Source: Eledone cirrhosa (taxonomy: Eukaryota). From it: a stretch of 64,000 nucleotides of DNA. Positions 13,343 to 27,858 of the stretch are shown piece by piece. Location: positions 114,204,001-114,268,000 of the forward strand of contig OZ024745.1 of the NCBI GenBank assembly GCA_964016885.1. Direction: 5' to 3'. The notes under the pieces are model-generated. The model was given only the letters and a program-made list of their open reading frames with translations, ran no database searches and had not been told where the DNA came from. The position numbers were made by a program, and so were the translations under genes. Each line of letters starts with the position of its first letter. Position 1 is the stretch's first letter.

Positions 13343-13520
13343 GGGAGTATCGGTAGAGGGTCGGACGCCATGCTTTCCAGCATAGTTACGTCCCTTTATG
13401 ATCTGAGTTCAAATCCCGTCGAGGTTGACTTTGCCTTTCATCCTTACGGGGTCGATAAAATAAAGTACCAGTAATGCACTGGGTGATTGCTGGCCTTGTG
13501 CCAAAAGTAGAAACAATTAT
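13343..13520 (+). mobile_element. family A SINE
   Basis: GAGTTCAAATCCCGTCGAGGTTGACTTTGCCTTTCATCC...GTAGAAACAATTAT. Other copies near 11265, 15657, 17802, 20865, 45280, 48743, 56340 and 62460. Confidence 0.85.
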
Positions 13521-15791
13521 GTGCAATTCCCCATTTTGCCTCATTTATCCCCGTTTTGAGGCACTTTCTTTCAAGGTACTCCCCGCTTGGGTTTTTAGAG
13601 GTTGGCAGATCTGGGTATATGGCACCATATGTGATTTTTGTTTTATTGTTGAAAAGACAAGTGATGTAATTGCATCACACGCCTGTCCGTAGACTAATCG
13701 CACAATCTTTTAAACAAGTAAACGTAAAAATTGCGTAAAAGACATTGAAGATAGCGTTGGCCCTGGTTTGTATTTAAGTTTGTAGTGAAATAATGGAAGA
13801 TAGGTGGCGTGACTTTTGGAATTATGTGGACGGGTGGGGTCTCTATAGACATATAAGTCCTAAGGACCTCACAAAACAATCTCGGAGCTTTGGGTGGTAG
13901 TAAATGCCGAGAGAAAGGGTTTAAAACTGGTCGTTCAAGGCTAAGGCCTCGCTGCAACACAAGTGACAGTAATGATAATTTAAAAGCTTTCTGTCCAGTA
14001 GACCTGGAAAATCTAATGAATAAAAAAGAAAAACAGCAACTGCAATTCTTTTATGATTTTTTTTTTGTTTTGTTTTTTCCAAAGCGCGTGGATTTTATTT
14101 GTGAGAAATTTGGCAGCTAATTTTAGTTAAGATTAAAAGATAATTAAGTTACAACCTAGACAGTGAAAATGTAGAGTCGTTAGAAGGTCGGATAGAATGC
14201 TTTGCGATATTCGCTTTGGCTCTCTGCTTTCTGAGTTCAAGTCGCGCCGAGGTTAACTTCTATATATCTTCCTCACTTCCATTCTCTCACTCTGGAAGAA
14301 ATCTGCTGTATTCCGACCTGGGAAGGAGATGTGCTCCGCCTGGTTTAAAATAATGCCCTAGAAAGGTTGTATGTCAATATGGCAACCCTACAGCTCCCTC
14401 GGAAGTTACGAGTTAGAGATGAAAGAAGAGATGAAGCTACATCCTATTGGGCAGGTTTATCTTTATTCAGTAAACCTTTACATGAAATAATTAAATTCTA
14501 AAATAAATAAATAATTTCTATAGTCATTGAATTATTAATTAGGTATACACTGACCAATATAATGTATGTGATGGGAACTCACCATTCAGAAACATCTAGG
14601 CACATTCCGGGCCCATTAACAAGATAATTCACATCAAAGTACTGATGGCATATTGTGACGGCGCTGGTATTAAACCTACAAACAAACAAAAATAACAATT
14701 TGGTTACCAACACAATGATTTTCTGACTAACCACAGTCTTACAGACATTTGTTTTTTCTGCTTCTTCTACTACAACTAAAATGTCTTTGGTCAATGGAAC
14801 TTAATCCATTTCCCGGTTTGATACGTCCAGTACCTTTAGTGGTATCCACGTTGATGTTAGTATTCAGATCAGGTCTCTGGTTTGAGAATGGTTGTCCCCA
14901 TTTACCCCCACCAGTTTTAGACATCCTGAAAAGAGCCATGGACACTACCCCGCTCCACTCGCTGATAAAAAACTGTAAATACAATTACTAACAAATTGTG
15001 AACATTTTCTGCCTAGGAAATGAGCCTGCACTTCAGTTTCTCATCATCCCCACTGTCTACTCTGTTTAATATGTTGTAAATACATACCTCATACAATCCT
15101 TCCTTCCTATGAACTCCTCACTCTGGAATTCATTCCCAGCCCATGCTGCTTTTTTTTTTTTTGTCGTAGGTATATAAAATTATGATTAAAGACAGTCTAT
15201 GCATAACGACCCCATCATATTTTCAAACATTGTATATCTAAGACTACATTATTCAATGTCTCCTTCAGTTTTTCAGATTAAAGGTATGATTTGGCTGCTG
15301 TTTCTAGTAAGTCTAGCGACGAGGTAGAAACACCCTCTTTGTTCCCGCCCATATTTGTCCAGCAGACGTTAATTTACAAACATTCAACGTTGAGAACGTG
15401 CATTATCCCAGCCAGGGTGCTCTCCCTTATCTCCCGACTTTTTAATTACGCAAAGCAATTATTTATTGTTGGACTATACCTTCGTTAGGCTATAGAAACA
15501 CTCCAGATAAGTACCAACGCTATTATTGATCCTAACTATTAGAAAAAGGAAGCAGGCGTCTGTTGTTATTTTTTGTTATCACATATCCACTCAGTGATCG
15601 CAATAGATACATAAATATAAGCATTGAAAATATTGTCAACAATTGATACTAACTCCCCCGCCGAGTTAACTTTGCCTTTCATCCTTACGGGGTCAATAAA
15701 ATAAAGTACCAGTAATGTACTGGGTAATTGCTGGCCTTGTGCCAAAAGTAGAAACAGTTATTAACTACCTTTTTTTTTAAATTGATCTACA

Positions 15792-15836
<45 letters not shown>

Positions 15837-17527
15837 AGTCAGTTTGCGTGTGTGTATATGTGAGTCAGTTTGCGTGTGTGTATGTGTGAGTCAGTTTGCG
15901 TGTGTGTATGTGTATGTGTGAGTTGTAGTTGTTGTTTAGCTTCCTGTCAGTCCCGATCAAGAAGACCTATGATAGGCTAGGACGTAGTCTCTACTACAAC
16001 AATCATGTTGGCAGAGATTTGCCTACCAGTCGATTTTATTGATCCCAGAATGGTGAAGTTGACCTCGGTCAGATTCGAAATCCAAATGTTAAGCCCCGAC
16101 ACAAATACCATAAAGCATTTTTTTGGTGCTTTCATTATTCAGTCAACCTACCCATTAAAATAATGATAAAGACACGTGTGTCTAACATCATGTGAAATTA
16201 TCGACCTGGCTGGTTGGGACACGTCACCCGACTCCTAACTCAGAGGCATGCTAATCAGGTCCTGTATTGGTACTCCCATGGAAAGAAGCCAAGAGGAACT
16301 GGCGACAGACAAGCGGCAGAGATCTGAAACCCGTCAACAAAAGCTAGAACGATATATTAATAGATGCAACTGGCCATGGTCATTGGAACACTTTGGTTAC
16401 CTAATGTGTCACAATATACGGGAGCTTCTAAGTCTAAGTAAGAGATAGAACTATATAGAGTTCTTCGTACAGGTTATAATTCCCTATAAATCAGAGATCT
16501 TTAAGGACTATGTGTATATTCGAATCAGAAACAAATTATAAACATAATGTTTGATAAATTGTGTGTTATTAAACTTGTGTGTTATTTACTTGAAATAAAT
16601 TGAATGAGCCAATAACAGACCACACATCCATGTTGTCGCTTGACTTGCTAGAAATAGCAGCCAAATCTATCTCAAAATAGGATACATTGGATAAAATATT
16701 CCGAGAAAAATTAGAATGATTGTGGATTGGATTCCTTTAGTTGTGTTTTCGGCCAGGGCTAAACAACAACAACAACAGCAATAGATAATTTTACTTACTC
16801 TCATTTCTTTGTTGTTCTTTATTTTATTTTTAATTTTTTTTTTTTTTTTTTTTTGGAGGGGAGTGCTATGAAGTGGAATGTCACTGTTTTGCGATTTTTA
16901 TATTTTATGGTCTAACAATTGTTAAAGGGTCGATAAAAAGAACCATCTGTAAAGCACTGGTACCGATTACCCCCTCACCACCACCACCACCCTCACCACT
17001 AACATGACCACCACCGCCACAACCATGACCAACACCGCCACTACCCCTACCCCCCTTAAAAAAAAGACGCGTGGCATTGGACCAATGTTAGAAAATCAAT
17101 ATAATCAGTAACATTTAAAATATCTTAAATTTTAAGTTAAAAGATGCGGTTACTACAAACTACTTGTTTAGTGTAAGGGGTATAACTCTTTAAAATTTGT
17201 TTCATATCTGCTTTTCTGAGGGAGCGAACAGAATCTGTCACCTAGATGACATTTCACTTATACTATTAATGCTCGACAAAAACCACAAATATTTCAAATA
17301 TGACCATCATCATATAAAATTCAAGTATTTAAAAAATTACTGTGTTTGTTGTTTTTGCGTTTATTATTGAACTGGGCACAAATAATTGTGTATACTGGTT
17401 TCGATTTACAGTTAAGAAGTCTTCGTTAAATAATATTTGTTTCATTCTAACTGGGTGCAAAGCAAGCTTTTTAGCATATAAAGAAAATAAACATGCAATA
17501 TATTACAGTTATTTATTAATTGCAATA

Positions 17528-17625
<98 letters not shown>

Positions 17626-17733
17626 TTACACAACAGTTAGTTCACCATATTAACTGTTGTGTAACCACTTCTACCTAACTCGTCCCATGGACTGAGTGCT
17701 CTACCACTACGGATATACCTTCCAGTGTTCCAC

Positions 17734-17782
<49 letters not shown>

Positions 17783-17967
17783 CTGGGTTTTGGGAATATT
17801 AATAATTGTTTCTACTTTAGGCACAAGGCCAGCAATTACACAGTACATTACTGGTACTTTATTTATCGACTCCGTAAGGATGAAAGGCAAAGTTAACCTC
17901 GGCGGGATTTGAACTCAGACTGTAAAGGGACGTAACTATGCTAGAAACCATGGCGTCCAACCCTCTC

Positions 17968-19940
17968 TTTCACTTATTAGTAATATCCCTAAATTATATT
18001 TTAGGGCGTTAGATAATTGCTTCCCTCCTTCACATATTTATAGTAAGATTTTTAATAAGCATACCATTAAATTCTCATATTCCACCACTTCCAACATTTC
18101 TAACATTATCTCAAAACATAATACTAAAATATTAAATAATAACTCATATGCATCCAACCTTGAGAGTCATAATAATAACACTATAAGACCCGGCGTCGAT
18201 GTAAACTCTAGACAAGATAACTTAAATATAAATACGACGTCAAACGTAACTTTGATGAATGCTTCAAATAGTAATATAAATCAAGAAACATTAGCACCTC
18301 CTTTAGCTAATTCCACCACTACAATTCCTATTATAATTAATCCTGGACCACTTACAAATAACTCTGTTAATAATATTAATCGTAAATGCAACTGCCCTAA
18401 TAGAACTAAATGTCCTCTTAATAATTTCTGTCTCGATAAAAATCTAGTATACGAATGTAAAGTGCTAACTAGTGCCAATACTTATACCTACATTGGCTCT
18501 ACTTCTACTTCTTTTAAGGCAAGTCTATATAACCATTCTTCCTCATTTAAATATCCACTTAAAAGGACAAGCACTGCACTCTCAGAACTTATCTGGTCCT
18601 TAAAAGACAAAAACATTAATTACAAAATTTCTTGGCGTAAAATATGCAATGCTTCTCCATATTCTAATGCTTCCATATCTAGGGCTTGTAATTTATGTCT
18701 AGCTGAAAAATTTACCATTATCTCGAATTTCAACTCTATAATAAATAGACGCGCTGATTTATTTGGTCTCTGCATCCATAAATCTATTAGGTTATTTCAC
18801 AAAGTATACAGCTAATACCCTATATCTTATTCCACGAATAAAGGTTAAAATGTTTTACACATATTTTTTTTACACAAATATCTCTTCAATCATTTTTCTC
18901 GCATATTTCAGTACATTCTACAAAGTTTTAAACAAACTTTGACGTTATATGGTTTTCTACGCTTTAAATCACTCTAGCAATTTCCTTTATCTACTTATTG
19001 ATACAAAATAATATTTAAATAGTTCATATACAATATTTCATTATATTCTTTTTCTCAATATTTTTTAGCCGCTAAATTTTCCTCCTTTATCACATCAAAT
19101 TTTTCAGGATAAACCTTCGTTGATTTTGTAAACAAACTATGACGTCATATGTTTTTTTCTATGTTTTTTTTCTACGCTTTTTTCTTCGCTTAAATCATTG
19201 TCACATTTTTCTTTATTTACTTGTTGATTAAAATAATATTTAAATATTTAAATAGTTTTCCCCACATATATAATTTTTTTATATATAATTTATAATTTTT
19301 AATAGTAAATTTTTTATTTTTGACATGGTTTGACTATTCTTATTTTTTTTACACAAATATCTTTTTTCTCACATTTCTCTGTTTAAACAAACTATGACGT
19401 TATATGGTCTTCTACGCTTATAAATCATTTAATCTTATTTTACTTTATTAATACATTTTCACACCTCTTAATCAATTTTTTTTAGTATATAAACCCAAAA
19501 TAAATAATATACCTAGTTTCTATATTTGTAATCTAAGCACATGAACCTCATCAATTTGTTTATTTATTTTTTTTTTTTTAGCCGTTATTCACAGCTGTTT
19601 TTCATTTTTGACAGCGTTTCCCGATCAAAAGTCTCTCTCTCTCTCTCTCCTTTCTTTTTCTCTCTCCTCCTTCCTTCTTAATTTTTCCTCCGTTATTTTC
19701 TCCTTCTCTCTTATGTCTTTTTCCTTTTCCCTCTTCCTTCTTTTTTCAAATCTTCTCTCTCCTTTTATATTTTTTTGTCATATGTTGACTGGACACTTTC
19801 TTGTCCACAAGTGTTTTTAGGCATCATATTATGTTACCTTATTTTATCTGATGAGAACGCAATTATCTTCCCAGGATGATATTTGCTTTTGAAATGCGCA
19901 TAATAAAATATATGGAACTTTTTTAACCATCCTTTAATTT

Positions 19941-19942
<2 letters not shown>
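17968..19942 (+). mobile_element. 5'-truncated Penelope-like element: GIY-YIG endonuclease, 3' UTR and terminal HHR
   Basis: ORF 18252-18815 has CNC..CPL..CLDKNLVY...TYIGST.TSFK..LYNH...CNLCLAEK. Upstream peptide KIFNKHTIKFSYSTTSNI matches the element at 32524. Ends in (TA)n. Confidence 0.85.
19840..19910 (+). ncRNA. type I hammerhead ribozyme in PLE 3' repeat
   Basis: tattttat CTGATGA [extended stem II] GAAA t-gcgc-a TA ataaaata. 8-bp stem I, palindromic loop 3. Confidence 0.85.
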
Positions 19943-20036
<94 letters not shown>

Positions 20037-20044
20037 AACATAAA

Positions 20045-20290
20045 ACCACCCGATATCTCTGGCCATTCTCCGCGGTAACGATTTTGCCATTTAGTCGCCG
20101 GGGCCCGGCTGTGACACCGCTCAAACTGGGGTGTAGCGACTGTTCCTCCCTTTCTTCCTTTCTTTCGCTGCTTGATCCTTCTTTCTTTTTCTCCTTTTCA
20201 TTTTCTTTTTTTCTCTTCTTGCTTTTCCGTTCCCTTTAGTAGTGTATTTTATTTTTATTAAATACTGCTCAATTATTTTTATATAATGTC
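20045..20290 (+). mobile_element. 3' end of an RLE-type (CRE-like) retrotransposon
   Basis: Reads PISLAILRGNDFAI*. A related reverse copy lies at about 49250-49415. Confidence 0.55.
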
Positions 20291-20475
20291 AATGGCCTTT
20301 CATGATATTGCTAGATAGCATGAATAGAATAGTATCAACTGTGACCTAGTGACGCGTGATACATAGGAATATACGTACAGGGTAGCACAGACAGATTTAA
20401 AGGTAAGCGTATAAATATGAATAAGTGTATATACATATGCACATAGATAGGTAAATAAAGACATACATGCGCACG

Positions 20476-20572
<97 letters not shown>

Positions 20573-20669
20573 GCATTGGTACATACATCTAGACAGATGC
20601 ACATACACCCACCACAGAAAAATAAGATATAGCTAACAGAACAGAATCGAAACGAAGATGAGATACAGA

Positions 20670-20856
20670 AGGCAAAAATAGTCTTTGAGAAGGGCACAAA
20701 CTGTGTTATGAAAGAACTTTAACAATTTAGTAACCACCCTGTTACTTAACCAACCGATGAATGGATTAGTTATCTGGTTTATAATAAAACTGTAGGAAAA
20801 TATCAACTGATGCGTGTGTTTTTCTTGGCAGCATGGCCATATCAAAGTACAACAAT
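20670..20856 (+). mobile_element. decayed solo pLTR related to 25250-25465
   Basis: Shared blocks GAAAGAACTTT.ACAAT, TTATAATAAA, CAACTG.TGCGTGTGTTT and AAAGTA.AACAAT. The HHR core has decayed. Confidence 0.6.
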
Positions 20857-21136
20857 CAATAAATTATAATTGTTTCTTCTTTTGGCATAAGGCCAGATAT
20901 TACCCCAGTACATTACTGGTGCTTTATTTTATCGACCTCGTAAGGACGAAAGGCGGGATTTGAACTCAGAACGTAAAGTGCCATGACTCTATGCTGCAAA
21001 GCATGGTGTCTGACGCTCTACCGATACTGCCAATCCATCGCCTTATAAATCATAATGAAAATAAAAAGTGCGTGTAAGTATATGTGTGTGCATGTGTGCA
21101 TGTGTGTGTCTGTGTGCTCACATGCGTGTATGTGCA

Positions 21137-21206
<70 letters not shown>

Positions 21207-21418
21207 GGAGAATGAGGAATTTCATGAATTTCTATTAATATAATTTTGATGCATTAATATTATTTTCAATAGTTGTTGTTAGTAATGGAGAAGAAAGTAT
21301 ATCCTAAGAAAATATTTATTCAGTATCATTAAAGATATTATTAGCATTAGATTATTTATATTTAACGAAAGTACTAAATATAAGACCATAAGAGCAAGAA
21401 AGTCTTATATGGTTTAAT

Positions 21419-21568
21419 TACCGTATTTTTCAGCTTTTTTCCTCGTCTGTTTTGGGGGTGCCTGGTATACATCATAACTATTAATAACTAGGTTTCTCCA
21501 GACATTTTCTGGTCATAAAGTGGTACGTGTTATACACGAATGTGCGCAATACACGGAAGTATACGGTA
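21419..21568. mobile_element. Tc1/mariner-pogo-type MITE
   Basis: Termini TA-CCGTAT ... ATACGG-TA, giving a TA target duplication and short TIRs. Confidence 0.55.
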
Positions 21569-23153
21569 AATGACTCAAGTGCTTCACTAGTAGGTTTTTA
21601 TTAATTACATAAAGAAAAATGTAAATCTATCCTCACTGGGATTCGAACTTAGAACGTCAAGGATTGAAACTATATACCGCCAGGTATTTTAACGTGCTTC
21701 GCCGCTTAACTTATCCATCGGTCTTCACAAAAATCTGTTGTTTTGAACTTCTGGTCCTGGTGGGAGATAATTCAGCATAATATTAAGAAGTTGTCTCCCC
21801 TGACGATTAATTTTAGTCCAGTTTGTCTTATGTATGGTATTATTGTTTTATACGGTATTTATAAATATATACAGATGTTTATGTTACGGGTTTACTGTAC
21901 AAGAAACAGCTTGTAGACCCGTTCTCTCTTATATACACATATATACACCAGGTCCGAACACAAAAGAACCAAACTCCCACTGTCACTGCCTCCATCTCTC
22001 TCGCTCTCCCTATTTCTCACTATCATGAGCAAATGGGGGCCCACGCGTTGACCGCCCATGCACAGGACAGGAAAGTTTTATTTAAATAAGTGGTGTAGTC
22101 CTAGCTATACTATACTAGTATAACACATGGGACAGTCATAAGTGGATATATTTAATCATAAGTCTTGCTCCATCTGTGCTGACTTAGCGCTAAACAATAA
22201 CAATTATTATTTTTTTTTATCTTTTTTTAAAGTTTTTGTTTTGGGTTTCTTCTTTCGATAAAACAATATAAACGATAACTATAGAAAGTGTTTGTATTAA
22301 TGATTCTAGTAAATATTGTAGAAGGCTGGATAATTTTCACTGGACACTGATGGGAAGGAGTGAGAGAGAGAGAGGGGGATAGGGGGAGACGCGGAGAGAA
22401 GTTCTGTCATCAATTAAATTTCTTGGAAGTTGGCCATTGTTGATCCTGTGGCTTAACCCCAGGTCAACATTCATCAAGTAGACATGTGGTTAAAGGCGTT
22501 CTAATTATGACCTTCACTCCTCTGATGAATATCTGAGACTACATTGTCTAATGCGTCTATCCATTTTGTTTTGTTATATTTATAAATGCTAGAGACTGAT
22601 TTGAGGGAAATGTTTGCTTTTACTGTCAAATCCTTAGCTCGTTTCATAAATGTAGTTGATGCTGTTGCTGTTGTTGATGTTTAGCTCCAAGCCAGCGCTG
22701 TTTAAACAAACCTATGATCAAGGACAGTTCTAGAAAAATCACAACCACATTATCTGATGTACCCTTTTTCAAGTCGGTGGTGTTTGATTTGAGGGAGAAC
22801 TAGTTGCACTTTTTAGCAGGCCGATCAACGCACTAAGGCACCTTCTTAGACTCGTTTCTTGAAAAGGAAATAATACATAGAGGCAATTATAGCTATGATG
22901 AATTTGTGTATCCTCAATTTCCACTTTTACTCTGAAATCAAGAGGGGGTAACTCTCACTTTGAAATAATACCTTCTTCATCCCACTTTAGTTACATATTT
23001 ATTTATTTCACTATCGCTTTATTATTTATTTTTCGGGTAATTTAAAATACTTTGTTATTAAAAGTATGCTATTGATAACTATCATAGATTGGTTTATAAT
23101 ATTGTGTGCCCGGTTGACCACAGCCGGTAAACTGAAACTCTTAAAAAGAGTAA

Positions 23154-23251
<98 letters not shown>

Positions 23252-23399
23252 CACTGACGTCTGCCTGGACATCTGTAGGGCAATATCCAATAGAAAATGT
23301 AACAGATGAATCTGTAACTCTCAGTATAGAATGTATCGAACACAAATCACCCCAATTAAGATACACAAAGACCAGATGGTGGTGATAAACTAGGTCTTG

Positions 23400-25465
23400 T
23401 GTTATGACAAGACTGTATAATAGGTAGTATGGATGTTGTGTCCCTATATCCATCCATTGACGTGGATTTTGCTGTGGAGAAATGCGTAAAAATGATCAGG
23501 GAGAACAATGTTGAATTCCGTGGGATTGATACCAGTGAGCTGGGACTCCTACTTAAACTTACTTATAGTAATGATTATCTAGATACGTATGACCTTAGCA
23601 ACCTCTGCACCACAAGACCAGCAAGAGGCAGACCACCTACCATTACCTCAATGGCCAAGAAAACCCACACAGAAAGATGGAACGGGTGGACCAGAGCCAT
23701 ACGAACCCCCTAAAACCACGCTGAACTGAAGAAAATGATTGCACATGCGGTGGGGGCCAGTATAAAACTAACCCTTAAGGAACATATGTTCAAATTTAAT
23801 GGAAAAACATATGCCCAAGAGGAGGGAGCAGTAATTGGTGTTAGCATTGCAGGTGACATAGCTAACCTATTTATGGTATGGTGGGACAATAAACTTAAAG
23901 AACAATTAGAAGACAGCAACCTCTTAACCCTGATAATGTACTCTCGCTACGTTGATGATATAAACATAGTAAAAACACCCCCACTAGAGAACAGTCAGGA
24001 ATTAGAGAAAAACACCATGGAAAGCATCCAGCAAATAGCTAACTCCATCCACCAGAGTATTAGAGTTACTATAGACTACCCAAGCAAACACCCCAACCAT
24101 CGATTACCTGTACTAGACACAGAGCTATGGTTAGAAACCATTAATAACAAAAAACAAATCCTCCATTCCCATTATGCCAAACCCATGACTTCCAAATATC
24201 TGATCCACCGAAACTCAGCTGTTTCGGATCACACCAAAATCAACATACTGATTGCGGATTTAGTACGGGTGATGAGGAACGTGTCCCGCATGTGCAATCC
24301 CGAAGAACTAGAGAGACACATATAACACTTCATCCACCGTATGCAGTTCTCTGGTTACAATCAGAGAGATAAAATCAGAGTATATAGAGGAGCCAGAACC
24401 AAACGGGAAAAAATGGTAAATAATGATACAAATGGGACCTGCCGCTTGTATAGGAGCAAATTTTGGAATAGAATAGAAAGAACTAGGAATAAGGTTAATA
24501 GAATAAACTCATGGTATGATAGCAATAAATACCAGAGTGAAATGTTCATCAATACAACCACTAAAGGTGAATTAGCTTACAAATTTAGAAAGGCCCTAGA
24601 TAAACTTAAACTTAATATTAAGATAGTAGAAAGACCAGGTACCTCCATAAATACATACCCTTTTCAAAGACCTCCCTGTATAGATAAGAAATGCATAATC
24701 TATAAACTAAGCCCCCATATTAACTGTAAAACTAGAAACATAGTATATAGCATAAGATGTACTGAAGGACAATGTAAAGATAAGAATATAGTGTACATAG
24801 GTGAGACAGCTCGTAGTATAGGAGAACGGTTAAATGAACACTGGCGAGAGCTTCAAGATAGAAAAGAATCATCAACACTCCACCAACATGCTAAAATAGA
24901 ACATAAGGGCAAATTAGAGAACATAGAAATAAAAATAGAATCTACACACTGAAAAGATGCAATGTTTAGACAAATCACAGAGGCAATAAGCATAAATGAA
25001 CTCCAACCAAAATTAAATAGAAAATATGAATGGAATAGCAACATCACAACTTAAAATTAAGGACAAAATGAAAACACACACACACATAGAACAAACAACC
25101 AACCAGTAACATGTAAATAAACAAATAAACAAATAAAAACACACACAGACACCCGGATGTAACACATGCGCAAACTAAGCACACAACACACGCAAAAACA
25201 AGATGGCGTAGGACAGAACAAAGGAGAGGCACAAAACAAAGAAAAGAATCCCCAGTCACTGAAGAGGTCACAGAATGTGTGACGAAAGAACTTTGACAAT
25301 ATATGAACAACCGTCCGGTTGTAGAACCAACCAACCAAACGGAAATTTATAAATTAATTTGAAAAAATAAAATTAAAATGTTCTTTTAATTTATAATAAA
25401 TTGGAGTGAAAGCAACTGGTGCGTGTGTTTCTTATTGCCAACATGACCCTCCAAAAGTATAACAA
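23400..25465 (+). mobile_element. Penelope-like retroelement (RT + GIY-YIG), pseudogenised by in-frame stops, with 3' pLTR
   Basis: ORFs 23429, 23735 and 24341 share one frame. Motifs DVVSLYPSI, GAVIGVSIAGDIANLFM, YSRYVDD, LPVLD, NIVYSIRC...VYIGETARSIGERLNEH. Stops at about 23711, 24323 and 24950. Confidence 0.92.
25255..25297 (+). ncRNA. minimal hammerhead-like motif in PLE pLTR
   Basis: gtca CTGAAGAG gtcaca-gaatg-tgtgac GAAA gaac TT tgac. Weak stem III and one extra G before stem II. Confidence 0.65.
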
Positions 25466-25731
25466 TATATATATATATATATTGTTTTGTGTCAAACAGA
25501 ATACCAAAGCCAATGTTTACACTTTCGTTTTGTCATTGTGTTTGACATAAAAATAAGAATTCACTTCGGAACTGAAAGCTAATTATTTTGATTAAGAAAT
25601 GTCAAAGAAACCTGGGAAATTGGATGTTTACACTGTAACATTTAACATACATATATGAGCAAACTTACATATATTACATCCGTTCATATACAAGTAGTCG
25701 ACTTACACACACACATACACACACACGCACG

Positions 25732-25848
<117 letters not shown>

Positions 25849-26030
25849 GCGCACACACACATATATATTATCAATGATATTAATAAATGGAAACTATATT
25901 TATAAAACCATATTTATTTTATTAATGTCATTGATATTATACTCCAGGATCCAGGTAACCTGTTGAGGGCTTCGAATCTGTTACAAATAAATTTGTTGAA
26001 TTACCAACAAATTAAATATCTCTTTGCTTA

Positions 26031-26096
<66 letters not shown>

Positions 26097-27858
26097 GACA
26101 GAGAGACATATAAGTCTACTTGTTAGTCTACTTACGTATGAAACTTGACTTATATGTGTATGTGACATTGTAATATAAGTAAGTCTGCTTACATATTTAT
26201 AAAAAGAAAGTATGTATCAAGTCTAGAAGCTCATCTAAACAGAGTCCGAATGGAAATGAGATTCTTTATTTGCTATCATATCAACACAAAATGACATTCC
26301 GAATTAGGAAATTACTTAATCAAATCTGGAAGTTAAACAAAGATTCTGTTACTGAGTCAGAATGATCTTAGGTAATTCACACACTTAAGCTGAGATTTTC
26401 ATACTTCCAAATCAGTTTACAGTTCATACATTATTCTTAAGAAGATATCTGCAGATTTTCAAATAACATCAAATGTTTCAAGTGTTAAAACCAAAAGTTA
26501 TAACCAATTATGCTATTGTACTACTGATCAATAACTAAAGTCATTAAAAAAGAAAGAAAAGTCTACTTTTGTGTTGCTGCAAGTGCAATAGAAAGGGTTC
26601 CTCTAACAGGTCTTCACCCTTGTTTCTGTTACTTTGGTGGACTTGCATGCAACGAAGACGGAAAGAATGTTTGCATAATTGATTAAACTGATGAGTAGAC
26701 AGTTAATTAGTATTGGTCTCCCCAGCGTTTTGAAGCACTTTATATATTATAAGACAGAAAGAAACGACATTCATTTTGAAAACAATGTCTTTAAATTCAC
26801 CAGTATTTTCGCACCCACACTCTTTGAACAGAACCTTTGAAGAAATACTGTGAATTTATTCAAATTAAATACAGATCTCTGCTCTCTCACATCCAAGTAT
26901 GATGGCTGTCACTGTATCTTGGAAATGTAAGATTGCTATAGATGCTTTTAGCCTTAGAGTCATTTTTTTTCTATCACATACGAATCCACCTACTGTGATT
27001 AATAGGTCTTTTGACAGGGAATTGAGAAAGTTATATTGTTGGTAATGTCTATTTGCTACACAAACATTGGAAAATTCGAAAGAGAAGACAATTCTGTTTC
27101 TGAACTATTAATAATGCTGAATAAGCGAAAGGTCAATACTTCCAGATCTTACAAGAGAAAGGTCTTTTGAACCATATGTTAGCAATGGACATCACGAATT
27201 TATATAACACATTTTCTATTGAAATGGATAAACTGCATGGTGATTGCATTAAACATTTGGAGAAACACGCTGAATCTTAGAAAAATGTTTCTTGTTTTCA
27301 TGATATGTATAAAACACGTCATTGACAAAAATATTTAATTCAAGTATATTAAATATTCTTAACCAAACAGCTTAGCAACGTCAGAAACTTTTTTCTAGAA
27401 ATGAAAAAAGGAAATGAAAACAGCTCTACTCTGCCAGAACATCGAGAAATATTGATTGTCATTCAGAAAATTACCTGGCCAGTTTATAATTACAATAGTT
27501 TTCGTAATACGAACGTGAAAAACACTTTTTTGTATTGAAAGGTCAGAGAAGAAATGAGAGAGGTAACGTGACTGCTCTACTTCTATTTTTTTTTACTTGA
27601 CTAAATATCAACAGCCACGAATAAGAAACATATTCTATCGTCAGATAAACATAGATGACTGCTCGCTAAAATATGTCTGAGTGCAAAACTCTAGAAAACC
27701 ACTGAAGTGTATCAGAGAAAACCTTGATAATTCTATTATTTGCCTAAATATATTATTATTTGTAAGCATATAACAATAGACACAAGAAAACCTTACCCTT
27801 TTTGTGTCCTTCTATAGTAGGATGACATTTATAGTACGCAACTTTATCATAATCCTCA

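Noticed and set aside
14749-14991. LLLLL...MELNPFPG as a 2A-like peptide or signal-peptide exon
   Set aside because: It does not match D(V/I)ExNPGP and lies next to decayed LINE sequence.
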